64,000 nt of DNA from an uncultured Candidatus Rokubacteria bacterium (GCA_963708025.1 CAVPSB010000019.1:160001-224000), one strand, 5' to 3'. Counted from the stretch's first letter, positions 1 through 8,820 are shown. The notes: generated by a model not told the origin, from the letters alone. Translations and numbers: made by a program.

Positions 1-630
1 GTGGACGAAGTAGAGGCGCGTCTCCAGGTTGACGATCGTCTCGCCCTCGACGCTGAAGCGGAAATGGCCCGGCTCGATGATGCCGGCGTGCACGGGACCG
101 ACGGTGATCTCGAAGATCCCCTCCCCCTCCACGCGGCGGAACGGGTAGGGCTGCCCGTCGTCGGCGAAGTCGCCCGGCGGCGCCGCGTCCCGGCGGAGCG
201 GGTGATATCCCTCGGGCCAGAACTGGTGCAGGGGCAGGCGCCGAGGATCGGGGTGGCCGACCGGCGTGAGCCCCAGGAGGTCCTGGATCTCGCGCTCGTA
301 GCGGCTGGCCGCGTACGACCGCGTGGCGAGCGACGGGAAGACGGGGTGCTCCGGCGGCACCCGGACCCCCACGACCACGATGTCGATGGGCCCCGGTGGC
401 CGCGAGGCGAAGCGGTAAACGAGCGTGAACGCCCCGGTGTCCCGGCGCGTGTCGGCCCCGGCCAGGAGCTCGAGCTCGGCCCCCGGGTCGCTCCGGAGCA
501 GGTCGGCGAGCGGGGGCATGGCGACGCGCGGCGCCTCGCACGCGAGTTCGTGCGGGCCGCGAATGACGAGGTCGGTCACCCCGAGGTTCGCGGCGATCAG
601 CCGCTCGGCCAGGTGCCGGAGCCGATCCAC
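1..630 (-). CDS. hycE: Hydrogenase-4/Ehr large subunit (NuoC/D-like, HycE/HyfG family), 5' part; runs off the window
   Basis: Manual minus-strand translation from GTG 630 gives ...PYPFRRVEGEGIFEITVGPVHAGIIEPGHFRFSVEGETIVNLETRLYFVH, the HycE/HyfG signature. It follows hyfF and is not in the ORF track. Confidence 0.9.
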   Translation of the reverse strand, partial: MDRLRHLAERLIAANLGVTDLVIRGPHELACEAPRVAMPPLADLLRSDPGAELELLAGADTRRDTGAFTLVYRFASRPPGPIDIVVVGVRVPPEHPVFPSLATRSYAASRYEREIQDLLGLTPVGHPDPRRLPLHQFWPEGYHPLRRDAAPPGDFADDGQPYPFRRVEGEGIFEITVGPVHAGIIEPGHFRFSVEGETIVNLETRLYFVH

Positions 631-632
631 GG

Positions 633-739
633 CTAGTGCCGTTCCAACTTGTTCCAGCTGGTGCTTACGAGGAACGTGTTAAGTCCGCGCTTCAAGAATC
701 GCTTGTCCATTTTGACTCGGGGAGTTGGAACGGCACTAG
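633..739. mobile_element. MITE-like element, family M1 copy 1 (CTAG flanks, 13-bp terminal inverted repeats)
   Basis: CTAG-TGCCGTTCCAACT...AGTTGGAACGGCA-CTAG, with an interior that is less GC-rich than its surroundings; homologous copy at 13135-13240. Confidence 0.85.
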
Positions 740-2202
740 CCCCCGAGGCCCACCGCCTCGACGATCCGCGCGAGGGCGCTGGCCAGCCTGTCGGGGAAGG
801 CCACGCCGAGGACGACGAGCAACGCCAGGTTCACGCCGACCGGGACGAGCGGCCAGCGTGACGGCTCGCCGGCCGGAAGCCCTTCGGGTGGATTGCCATG
901 GAGCATCCGGTTGACGGCGCGCAGGACGCCGCCGAAGACGGCCACCAGGAGCGCCAGCGCGGCGCCGGCCGCCCAGGGATGGCCACCGGCGAATCCCGCC
1001 CTGAGGACGAGGATCTCGCTGACGAAGAGCCCGAAGGGGGGAAGACCGATGAGGGCGAGCGTGGCCGCCAGGAAGGCGGCGCCGGTCCACGGCATGACCT
1101 GCATGATCCCGCGCACCCGGGCGACCTCGGCGCTGCCGTAGCGCTGCAGCAGCCGCCCGGCCAGGACGAACAGCGCCGACTTCGCCAGGGCGTGCGTCAG
1201 CATGTGGAGGAGCGCGCCGCCCAGCCCCCAGAAGCCCCCGAAGCCGAACCCGAGGCACACGAGCCCGGTGTGCTCGACGCTCGAGTAGGCGAGCATGCGC
1301 TTGTAGTTCCGCGGGGCCCACAGCGAGGCGGCGGCGATGGCCATCGAGGCGAGCCCCAGGCCGACGAGGAGCCGCCCCGCGAAGCCCGGCGCCGCCGCGG
1401 CGTCGGTGACCGCCTTGAAGCGCAAGAGAGCGTAGAGCCCCACGTTGAGCAGCACGCCGGACATGAGGGCGCTGATCGGCGCCGGCGCCTCGCTGTGGGC
1501 GTCGGGCAGCCAGGTGTGCATCGGGACGAGCCCGGCCTTGGTTCCGTAGCCGATCAGCAGAAACACGAAGGAGAGCTCGACCACGCGCCGGGAGAGGCGG
1601 GGAGCGGCCGCCGCCAGCGTGGACCAGTAGAGGGCCTGGTCCGTCTGGCCGAGCTGCTGGATGTCGGCGTAGAGGAGGACGGTGCCGATGAACGCGACGG
1701 CGATCCCGACCGAGCAGATGAGCAGGTACTTGTAGGCGGCCTCCAGGGACGCGCGCGTCCGTTCCAGCGTGATGAGGAAGACCGAGGCGAGGGTGGTTCC
1801 CTCGACCGCCACCCACATGAGGCCGACGTTGTCGGTCGTGACCGCCAGGAGCATCGTGAAGACGAAGAGATGGAAGAGCGGCCGGAACATGCCGGCCCGG
1901 GCGGCGGTGAGCCGACCGGCGGCCTGCTCGGCCCGGAGGTAGGCCGGGACCCCGACGGCGGCGACGAGCGCGATCCCGGCGACCATCGCCGCCATGAAGG
2001 CCGACAGCGCGTCGGCCCCCAGGCCCCAGCCGGGAACGGAGACTGCGGCGGCCCGCGACACCTCGACGGCCAGGGCCCCGGCGCCGGCGGCGGTGGCGAG
2101 CGCCGTGACGACGTGCAGGACGTCGGCCCGCCGCCCGGCGCCGGCCACCGCCAGGAGCGCGGCGCCGGCCAGGGGGGTGGCGAGCAGGGCGAGGAGGTTC
2201 AT
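736..2202 (-). CDS. hyfF: Hydrogenase-4 component F-like antiporter subunit (NuoL/M/N family)
   Basis: MNLLALLATP..., EAAYKYLLICSVGIA, GYGTKAGLVPMHTWLPDAHSEAPAPISALMSGVLLN, KRMLAYSSVEH. Confidence 0.9.
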   Translation of the reverse strand: MNLLALLATPLAGAALLAVAGAGRRADVLHVVTALATAAGAGALAVEVSRAAAVSVPGWGLGADALSAFMAAMVAGIALVAAVGVPAYLRAEQAAGRLTAARAGMFRPLFHLFVFTMLLAVTTDNVGLMWVAVEGTTLASVFLITLERTRASLEAAYKYLLICSVGIAVAFIGTVLLYADIQQLGQTDQALYWSTLAAAAPRLSRRVVELSFVFLLIGYGTKAGLVPMHTWLPDAHSEAPAPISALMSGVLLNVGLYALLRFKAVTDAAAAPGFAGRLLVGLGLASMAIAAASLWAPRNYKRMLAYSSVEHTGLVCLGFGFGGFWGLGGALLHMLTHALAKSALFVLAGRLLQRYGSAEVARVRGIMQVMPWTGAAFLAATLALIGLPPFGLFVSEILVLRAGFAGGHPWAAGAALALLVAVFGGVLRAVNRMLHGNPPEGLPAGEPSRWPLVPVGVNLALLVVLGVAFPDRLASALARIVEAVGLGG

Positions 2203-2849
2203 CCCCTGAGCTCCCGGAGCTTGGCGACATCGGTCGTCTCGAAGGACTCGGAGATGTCCCCGAGCACGATCTTCAGGATGAGGACCGCCACCAGCAGGTC
2301 GAGGAAAGCCCCAGCCTCCACGATCGCCGGGAGCCCGTAGGTCGCCAGCAGCGCGAGCATGAAGATGCCGTTCTCGAAGACGAGGAAGCCGAGCACCTGC
2401 GTCAACGCCCGCCGGGCCGTGACGCAGAGCCAGAGCCCGATGAGTCCGGTGGCCAGCGCCAGGGGCAGGCCGCTGGCGGTTGGGAGGCGCGCATCCCGCG
2501 TCACCGGCAGCATCACCGCGTAGGCCACAAAGACCAGCGCGGCGGCGCCCAGGAGGAGCCCGGCCGGTGATCGGGCCGGGCCGGGCGGTCGGGTCCGGGC
2601 CGGCGCGACCCGGGCCAGGATGCGCGGGATCACCCAGCCCTTGATCACCAGCACGGCCAGGGCCACCAGCGCCAGCTCGCCCTTGCCGGCGAACACCGCG
2701 ACGGCGGCGGCGAGCGCGGCCAGCAGGACCGACTGGACGGCGAACAGCGCGAGCCGTCCGGGCAGGCTCTGGCGCCACACCAGGAGGAAGCTGATCGCGA
2801 CCACGGCGAAGCTCAGCAGGTTCACGACCTGGGCGAAGAGCGTCGGCAT
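2199..2849 (-). CDS. hyfE: Hydrogenase-4 component E-like membrane subunit
   Basis: Hydrophobic 216-aa protein with QVLGFLVFENGIF and a C-terminal LRELRG; position in operon. Confidence 0.88.
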   Translation of the reverse strand: MPTLFAQVVNLLSFAVVAISFLLVWRQSLPGRLALFAVQSVLLAALAAAVAVFAGKGELALVALAVLVIKGWVIPRILARVAPARTRPPGPARSPAGLLLGAAALVFVAYAVMLPVTRDARLPTASGLPLALATGLIGLWLCVTARRALTQVLGFLVFENGIFMLALLATYGLPAIVEAGAFLDLLVAVLILKIVLGDISESFETTDVAKLRELRG

Positions 2850-2856
2850 GGCCGCC

Positions 2857-3804
2857 TCAGCGCACGAAGAAGAAGGACGCGACCGACAGGAGCGCCAGCA
2901 CGAACGATCCGCTCAGGAGCTCCGGCACCCGGAAGAGCCGCAGCTTGGCGACGGCGGTCTCGAGGCCGGCGACCAGCACCGCCAGCCCGAGGAGCTTGAT
3001 CGCGAGCGCGACCGCCCCCAGCGCGATCGCCGGGGTGGCGCCGGTCGCCGGCACCCCCCACGGGATGAACAGGTTTCCGAGCAGGGTGAGGAAGAGGAAG
3101 AGCTTCATGGCGCTGGCCCACTCGACCAGGGCCAGGTAGCGGCCGGAGTACTCGAGGATCATCGCCTCGTGGATCATCGTCAGCTCGAGGTGTGTGGCCG
3201 GATTGTCCACCGGCAGTCGTCCCGTCTCGGCGATCATCACCACGAAGAACGCCAGGAACGCCAGGAGGTGTCCCGGGTGGAGGGCGAGGAGACGCTCGTC
3301 GGCGAGCCGCTCGATGATCCCGCCGAGATTCGTCGTCCCGGCGTGGAGCGCCAGGGCGAAGATCGCGAGAATCACGGTCGGCTCGGCCAGAGCGGCGACG
3401 ACGACCTCGCGGCTCGCGCCCATCCCGCCGAAGGCGCTGCCGGCGTCCAGCCCTGCCAGGGCGAGGAAGAACGTGCCCAGGAGCAGGAGGTACATGACCA
3501 GCACGATGTTTCCGGTGAAGGCGAGCGGGGGTCGGGTCACGAGGACGGGGATGCCGCCGGCGATCACCAGCATGATGGCCGCCAGCAGGAAGGGCGTCAC
3601 CCGGAAGATCCACGAGGTCGTCTCCGAGACCACGACCTCCTTGGCCAGGAGCTTCCGGAGATCACGGTAGGGCTGGAGCAGCCCGGCCCCGCGCCGCCCC
3701 TGGAGCCGCGCCTTGAGCAGGCGGATCAGGCCGACGAGCAGGGGAGCGCCGGCGCCGACCAGGATGGCCTGGGCGAGCGAGACCAGGAGACCTGGCAGCA
3801 TCAT
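2857..3804 (-). CDS. hyfC: Hydrogenase-4 component C / HycD (NuoH-like)
   Basis: KARLQGRRGAGLLQPYRDLRKLLAKE, AETGRLPVDNPATHLELTMIHEAMILEYSG; ATG 3804 overlaps the hyfB stop. Confidence 0.9.
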   Translation of the reverse strand: MMLPGLLVSLAQAILVGAGAPLLVGLIRLLKARLQGRRGAGLLQPYRDLRKLLAKEVVVSETTSWIFRVTPFLLAAIMLVIAGGIPVLVTRPPLAFTGNIVLVMYLLLLGTFFLALAGLDAGSAFGGMGASREVVVAALAEPTVILAIFALALHAGTTNLGGIIERLADERLLALHPGHLLAFLAFFVVMIAETGRLPVDNPATHLELTMIHEAMILEYSGRYLALVEWASAMKLFLFLTLLGNLFIPWGVPATGATPAIALGAVALAIKLLGLAVLVAGLETAVAKLRLFRVPELLSGSFVLALLSVASFFFVR

Positions 3805-5834
3805 CGGGCGATCAGGAGGAGGACGAGCAGCGCCACGAAGATGTACGCCAGGTAGAGGTTCGCGCTTCCCGACTGGATCCGCCGGGCCACGCCGGCCAGC
3901 CGCTGGGCGCCGACGAGGACGGGGAGGTAGAGCCACTCGTCGATGAGGGAGCGGGTCGGGTTCTCGTAGTGGATGGTCCGGACGAAGAAGCGGGACTCGG
4001 GGTGGAACTCGATGTCGAGCTGCTTCACCGGCCGATAGAGGACCGCGAAGATCCGCTTGAACGGCTGCGAGAACGCGGTGGCCGTGTACTCCATGCGTGC
4101 CGTCTGGAGACTTCGCCCGCAGCCCCACGTCTCGTAGCGACGGCTGTCGCGGCGGGCCCCCGCGAGCCGGAGCCCGAGGACGAGGGCGGCCAGCGCGAGC
4201 CCGAGGAGGAGCGCGACGGCGGCCGGCGCCAGGGTGCCGAACCCGTCGCCGACGGAGACGGTCAGGCCATCGCCGAGCACGAGCACCGGCGGCGCTCCGC
4301 CGCGGGCGCCGACGAGCGACGCGGCCAGCGCGACGAGGACCGGCAGGACGAAGGTCGCGCCGAGCCCGAGCCCCACGCACGCCGCGGCGAGCACCACCAT
4401 CGCCAGGCGCAGCGTCGCCGGGACCTCGTGGGCGCGAGCGGCGCTCTCGCTCCGGGGCAGCGCCAGGAAGCTGACGCCGAACGCCTTCACGAAGCAGGCG
4501 GCGGCCAGCCCACCGGTGAGGGCCAGTCCGGCCAGGCCCAGGACGAAGACGAGGTTCAGCCCGGGGCTGGGCACCCGGGCGCTCTGGAGCAGCGCCTGGA
4601 AGGTGAGCCACTCGCTGACGAAGCCGTTCAGCGGCGGGAGGGCGGCGATCGCGACCGAGCCCACGAGGAAGCAGGCCGCGGTCCACGGCATTCGCTTGAT
4701 CAGCCCCCCCATCGCCTCCATGTTTCGCGTTCCGGTCGCGTGCAGGACGGCGCCGGCCCCGAGGAACAGGAGGGCCTTGAACGTCGCGTGGTTGGCGGTG
4801 TGGTACAGGGCGGCGACCACCCCGAGCACGGCCAGGGCCTCGAGGCCGGTCGCCTGGAAGACCATCCCCGCCCCGAGCCCGAGCAGGATGATGCCGACGT
4901 TCTCGACGCTGTGGTAGGCGAGCAGGCGCTTGAGGTCGTGCTCGACCAGGGCGTAGAGAACGCCGAGGAGCGCGGAGGCGGCGCCGACGAGCAGGAGCAC
5001 GGCGCCCCACCAGGGCGGCCCGCCGCCGAGCCACTCGAAGCCGATGCGGAAGAGCCCGTAGACGCCGAGCTTGATCATCACGCCCGACATCAGGGCGGAG
5101 ACGTGGCTCGGCGCCGCCGGATGGGCGAGCGGCAGCCAGACGTGGACGGGGACCAGTCCTGCCTTGGAGCCGAAGCCGAGCGCGAGGAGCGCGAAGGCGA
5201 GGGTTCGGGTGCCCATCGGGAGCCCGCCGGCGAGGCGGACCCAGTCGGCGAAGCGATCGCTGCCGGTCGCCTGGGCGACCAGGAGCATCCCGGTAACGAG
5301 GCACGCCAGCCCGGCGTGCGTCACCAGCGCGTAGACCCAGCCCGCCCGGAGCACGCCGCGCTCCTCCGGGTCGGTGACGACCAGAAAGTAGGAGGCGAGC
5401 GACATCAGCTCCCAGACCACCAGGAACGTGAAGACGTTGGCGGCCAGCGGGACGAGCACCATCGCCGCCAGGAACGCGTTGTAGGCGACACCGAGTCCGG
5501 GGACGCCGCGCCGGCGCCCCGCGAGGTAGCCGATCGCATAGAGGGAGGTCGGGACCGCGGTGGCGCCCACGACCAGAAGGAAGAAGGCGCTCACGCCGTC
5601 GAGGACCAGCTCCACGCCGGGCGGTGGCAGGAGCCAGGGAACGGACGCCTCCCACCGGGACCCGGCGAGCCCCGCGAGGCCCGCCGCCGCGGTCGCCGCC
5701 GCCCCCACCGCGGCCAGCCCGTGGGCCGCCTGTCGCGCCGGGGCGGGCCGGGCGGCCAGCCCGAGCGCCGCCAGCGCCCCGGCCGCGTAGCTGCCCAGAG
5801 CCAGGGTCAGCAGGCCCGGGACGAGCGCGCTCAC
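3801..5834 (-). CDS. hyfB: Hydrogenase-4 component B-like antiporter subunit
   Basis: KAGLVPVHVWLPLAHPAAPSHVSALMSGVMIK, DLKRLLAYHSVENVG, TWGCG...MEYTATAFSQP. Confidence 0.92.
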   Translation of the reverse strand: MSALVPGLLTLALGSYAAGALAALGLAARPAPARQAAHGLAAVGAAATAAAGLAGLAGSRWEASVPWLLPPPGVELVLDGVSAFFLLVVGATAVPTSLYAIGYLAGRRRGVPGLGVAYNAFLAAMVLVPLAANVFTFLVVWELMSLASYFLVVTDPEERGVLRAGWVYALVTHAGLACLVTGMLLVAQATGSDRFADWVRLAGGLPMGTRTLAFALLALGFGSKAGLVPVHVWLPLAHPAAPSHVSALMSGVMIKLGVYGLFRIGFEWLGGGPPWWGAVLLLVGAASALLGVLYALVEHDLKRLLAYHSVENVGIILLGLGAGMVFQATGLEALAVLGVVAALYHTANHATFKALLFLGAGAVLHATGTRNMEAMGGLIKRMPWTAACFLVGSVAIAALPPLNGFVSEWLTFQALLQSARVPSPGLNLVFVLGLAGLALTGGLAAACFVKAFGVSFLALPRSESAARAHEVPATLRLAMVVLAAACVGLGLGATFVLPVLVALAASLVGARGGAPPVLVLGDGLTVSVGDGFGTLAPAAVALLLGLALAALVLGLRLAGARRDSRRYETWGCGRSLQTARMEYTATAFSQPFKRIFAVLYRPVKQLDIEFHPESRFFVRTIHYENPTRSLIDEWLYLPVLVGAQRLAGVARRIQSGSANLYLAYIFVALLVLLLIAR

Positions 5835-6367
5835 CGGCGGTGGCGGTCGGGGTCGGCCCGCAGCATCGAGAGGACCGCGAGCAGGCCCTCGAGAAGCGCC
5901 CGCGGTGACGGCGGGCAGCCGGGGATGTGGACGTCGACGGGGACGACGGCGCCGACGCCACCCACCACCGCGTAGCTCCCGCGGAAGATGCCGGCGTCCA
6001 GGGCACAGTCACCGGCGGCCACCACCAGCTTGGGCGCCGGGGTCGCGTCGTAGGTGCGGCGCAGCGGCTCGGCCATGTTCCGGGTCACCGGGCCGGTGAC
6101 GAGCAGACAGTCGGCATGGCGCGGGGAGGCCACCACGTGGAGGCCGAAGCGCTCCAGGTCGTAGTAGGGGTTGGTGAGATTCGAGATCTCGAGCTCGCAC
6201 CCGTTGCACGACCCGGCGTCCACCTGCCGGATGTGGAGCGAGCGGCCGAAGAGGCGCCGGACCTCGTCGGCGAAGCGCCCGGCGAGCCGGTCGGGGACGG
6301 CCTCCACCGAGGGCGCCGGCTCCGTGACCAGGCCGGTCCGCAGGGCCTTGCGGAGCTGGTCGAGCAC
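5831..6367 (-). CDS. hycG: Hydrogenase small subunit / NuoB-like [4Fe-4S] protein (HycG/HyfI)
   Basis: QVDAGSCNGCELEI, ASPRHADCLLVTGPVTRNM, GDCA, IPGCPPSP. Confidence 0.9.
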   Translation of the reverse strand: MLDQLRKALRTGLVTEPAPSVEAVPDRLAGRFADEVRRLFGRSLHIRQVDAGSCNGCELEISNLTNPYYDLERFGLHVVASPRHADCLLVTGPVTRNMAEPLRRTYDATPAPKLVVAAGDCALDAGIFRGSYAVVGGVGAVVPVDVHIPGCPPSPRALLEGLLAVLSMLRADPDRHRR

Positions 6368-6369
6368 GC

Positions 6370-6522
6370 TAGCTTCTTCGGGGGGGTCTCGGAAGACCCC
6401 CCCGATGCCCCCCCTCGGTTGCGCCGGCTGTTGGACGGCCTTCGGCCTTTGGGCCGGCGCCCGGAAGCTGGTCCCTCATCGGAATGGCTCGGCGCAGACC
6501 CCCACGACACTCGGACATGCCG
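6370..6522. repeat. Composite palindromic repeat (family B hairpin plus nested module C) filling the arsR-hycG spacer
   Basis: TTCGGGGGGGTCTCGGAAGACCCCCCCGA at 6377-6405, then GCGCCGG-CTGTTGGACGGCCTTCGGCCTTTGG-GCCGGCGC. Confidence 0.75.
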
Positions 6523-6909
6523 CTATCGCCGGATCGGGCGCCGCGGCCGCCCGGCGTCGGCCCGGGAGACCCGCCCGGCCCGGTCCTCGGCCTGGAGCGC
6601 GCGGAGCAGGTCCTGGCTCACCGTCAGCCGGTTGTTGAACATCTGCCGGGCGACGTCGAGGAGCTGGAAGAGGGTCTCGTCCCGCACCCGGTAGCGGACC
6701 GTCGCCCCCTGCTTCTCGGCCTCGACGATGGCCTGGCGGCGGAGCACGGCGAGCTGCTGCGAGACCGCGGACTGGTCGAGGCCCAGCACGCGCTGGAGCT
6801 CTCCGACCGTCCCCTCGCCGTCCCGGAGCCGCTCGAGGATCCGGATCCGCGTCGGGTGGGCGAGGGCCTTGAAGAACTCCGCCTTGAACTGGTGCAGTGG
6901 CTCAGCCAT
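6523..6909 (-). CDS. ArsR/SmtB-family transcriptional regulator (Rv0081-like)
   Basis: MAEPLHQFKAEFFKALAHPTRIRILERL...VSQQLAVLRR winged HTH; first gene of the operon. Confidence 0.92.
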   Translation of the reverse strand: MAEPLHQFKAEFFKALAHPTRIRILERLRDGEGTVGELQRVLGLDQSAVSQQLAVLRRQAIVEAEKQGATVRYRVRDETLFQLLDVARQMFNNRLTVSQDLLRALQAEDRAGRVSRADAGRPRRPIRR

Positions 6910-6913
6910 ATCA

Positions 6914-6972
6914 GCATATTAGAATTTGATAATATGCGCGCGATGCTATCAGAGCGGCGTCGCGACTGTCAA
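6914..6972 (-). promoter_or_regulatory. Sigma70-type promoter with an overlapping palindromic operator
   Basis: Minus strand TTGACA(6972-6967)-18 nt-TAGCAT(6948-6943); inverted repeat GCATATTA-N8-TAATATGC at 6914-6937. Confidence 0.75.
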
Positions 6973-7030
6973 GCGATGAAGTTCCGGTTCACGCGGCGTC
7001 GCGCCGATCCTCCCGGCCGCGGGGCTCCCG

Positions 7031-7113
7031 TCAGCGCGCGAGGTCGCGCTTCTTCGCCCCGAACTCTTCCTGGCCGATCACCCGTCGATCGGTCCGAGCG
7101 CACCTCGGACCAT
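7031..7113 (-). pseudogene. Remnant resembling the C-terminus of a SHOCT-domain protein
   Basis: GAGGAGG RBS and ATG at 7113 open an 11-codon ORF; another frame reads VIGQEEFGAKKRDLAR-stop (SHOCT-like). Confidence 0.35.
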
Positions 7114-7138
7114 CAGAGCCTCCTCGACCAGCCGGCGC

Positions 7139-8035
7139 CTACCTCACGATCAGCACCGAGACGGGCGCGCGGGTCAGGGCGCCCTCGGCGACGCTGCCGA
7201 GCAACAGGCGGGCGACCCCGCCGACACCGCGGGCGCCGAGCACAAGGAGATCCGCCCGATCGGCCGTGATGGTGCGGAGCAGCTCGGGGAGCGGAACGCC
7301 GAGGCGGACGATCGGGCGGGCACGCCAGCCGGCGCGGGTGAGCAGCGCGGCGGCTGCCTCGGCTTCTCGCCGGGCGCTCCGGACCGATCGGGCGGTGAGC
7401 TTCTCCGCCTGGGCCTGCACCGCCCCGCGGATGGAGGCGGGCGCCAGCCCCATCGACGGGACGCGGGTCGGCTCCACGACGCGCACCACCGTCGCGCGCC
7501 CGCCGGCCGGCGCCGGCAGCCCGGCGACGAAGCGCACGGCCTTCCCCGCGTTGGGGGACCCGTCGAGCCCGATCACCAGGCGCCGTACCGGACGAGGCCG
7601 TCCCTTCGCGACGAGCACCGGAATTCTGGCCTGGCGCACGAGACCGCGCGAGACGCTGCCCAGGATGAGGCGGCCGAGAGCGCCGTGCCCCCGTGAACCC
7701 ACGACGACGACGTCGGCCGCCGCCCGCCCGGCCTCGGTGAGGATGGCCGCGACGGCCGGCTGGTCCACCACGACGGCCTCGGCGTCCGGCCACCGCCGGC
7801 GGAGCGCGCGTCGAGCTCCGTCGCGGATCTGCGCCAGGCTCTGGTCGAGCGCGGCCCACACCGCGGCCGGCCAATCGGCCGCCACCTGGGCCCCGGTGAA
7901 GCCGCGGCGCGCGATCACCGCGCGAGCGCGCGAGCCCTGCGGCCACGGGGCCGCCACCGCCGTGGCCTGAGCCGCCCGCGCCGCCGGTGATCCGTCGGTC
8001 GCCACGAGGATCTGGAAGCGACCCGTCCTGGCCAT
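7139..8035 (-). CDS. Universal stress protein (tandem USP domains)
   Basis: ILVATDGS...VVVGSRGHGALGRLILGSVS and a second domain ending LLLGSVAEGALTRAPVSVLIVR. Confidence 0.93.
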   Translation of the reverse strand: MARTGRFQILVATDGSPAARAAQATAVAAPWPQGSRARAVIARRGFTGAQVAADWPAAVWAALDQSLAQIRDGARRALRRRWPDAEAVVVDQPAVAAILTEAGRAAADVVVVGSRGHGALGRLILGSVSRGLVRQARIPVLVAKGRPRPVRRLVIGLDGSPNAGKAVRFVAGLPAPAGGRATVVRVVEPTRVPSMGLAPASIRGAVQAQAEKLTARSVRSARREAEAAAALLTRAGWRARPIVRLGVPLPELLRTITADRADLLVLGARGVGGVARLLLGSVAEGALTRAPVSVLIVR

Positions 8036-8040
8036 GGCGG

Positions 8041-8175
8041 TCAGCGCCGCCGCCGGGACGGCTTGGCCGCCGTCCGCACGGCTTCCTTCCGCACGGCTTC
8101 CTCCCGGTTAACCGCGATGGCCGCGGCCGGGCGGCCCGACTTCTTGTTCTTGCCCTGGCTCTTACGGATGCCCAT
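8041..8175 (-). CDS. Putative small basic protein (44 aa)
   Basis: MGIRKSQGKNKKSGRPAAAIAVNREEAVRKEAVRTAAKPSRRRR; GGAGG lies 5 nt upstream; the stop is 5 nt before the USP start. Confidence 0.5.
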   Translation of the reverse strand: MGIRKSQGKNKKSGRPAAAIAVNREEAVRKEAVRTAAKPSRRRR

Positions 8176-8438
8176 CGGCGCCTCCCGCTCCCGCCCAACC
8201 GCGCGCGTTGACGGCGACGGTCCCGGCTGAACTCGCGATCAGGGGATCTAGCTCGATCTCCACGGCTCCGGCCAGTCTACCGCGAGCCGGGCCAATCGGG
8301 TCACCGACTCCGCGATCGGCGCGCGTCCCGTACCGGGCGGGCCGGGCGGGACGCGCCGGCGCGATCGCCCCGGGTGGGCGAGCGCGTGCGGTCGGGCGCC
8401 GGCCGCGACGCCGAGGCGATGGGAGTAGACTTGAAGCC

Positions 8439-8816
8439 ATGGGCTTCGTGGTCCGGGCGCTGGTCAACGCGCTGGCGATCTTCTTCGCGGCGGCGGTCGT
8501 ACCGGGGGTCGAGATCTCCGGGCCGCTGGCGGCGCTCGGCGCCGGCCTCGTGTTCGGGCTGATCAACGCGGTCGTCCGCCCGATCCTTCTCATCCTGACC
8601 CTGCCGCTGACGCTGCTGACGCTCGGCCTCTTCCTCTTCGTCCTGAACGGCTTCTGCTTCTGGCTCACCTCGGTCCTCGTGAAAGGGTTCGAGGTCCACG
8701 GCTTCTGGGCGGCCGTCTTCGGCGCGCTGCTGGTGAGTGTCGTGAGCTGGCTGGTCACGGCCTTCCTGAGTGACCGGGGCAAAGTCGTGGTGATCACCCG
8801 GCGCCAGGGCCTTTGA
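8439..8816 (+). CDS. Phage-holin-like membrane protein (YvlD/DUF360 family)
   Basis: GLINAVVRPILLILTLPLTLLTLGLFLFVLNG...GFWAAVFGALLVS. Confidence 0.88.
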   Translation: MGFVVRALVNALAIFFAAAVVPGVEISGPLAALGAGLVFGLINAVVRPILLILTLPLTLLTLGLFLFVLNGFCFWLTSVLVKGFEVHGFWAAVFGALLVSVVSWLVTAFLSDRGKVVVITRRQGL

Positions 8817-8820
8817 GATT

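Noticed and set aside
1-6367. Calling the complex a functional H2-evolving formate hydrogenlyase
   Set aside because: The Ni-binding motifs lie outside the window and no fdh or hyp genes are visible.
8439-8816. Holin-family gene as evidence of a prophage
   Set aside because: This family is commonly chromosomal, and there are no other phage genes.
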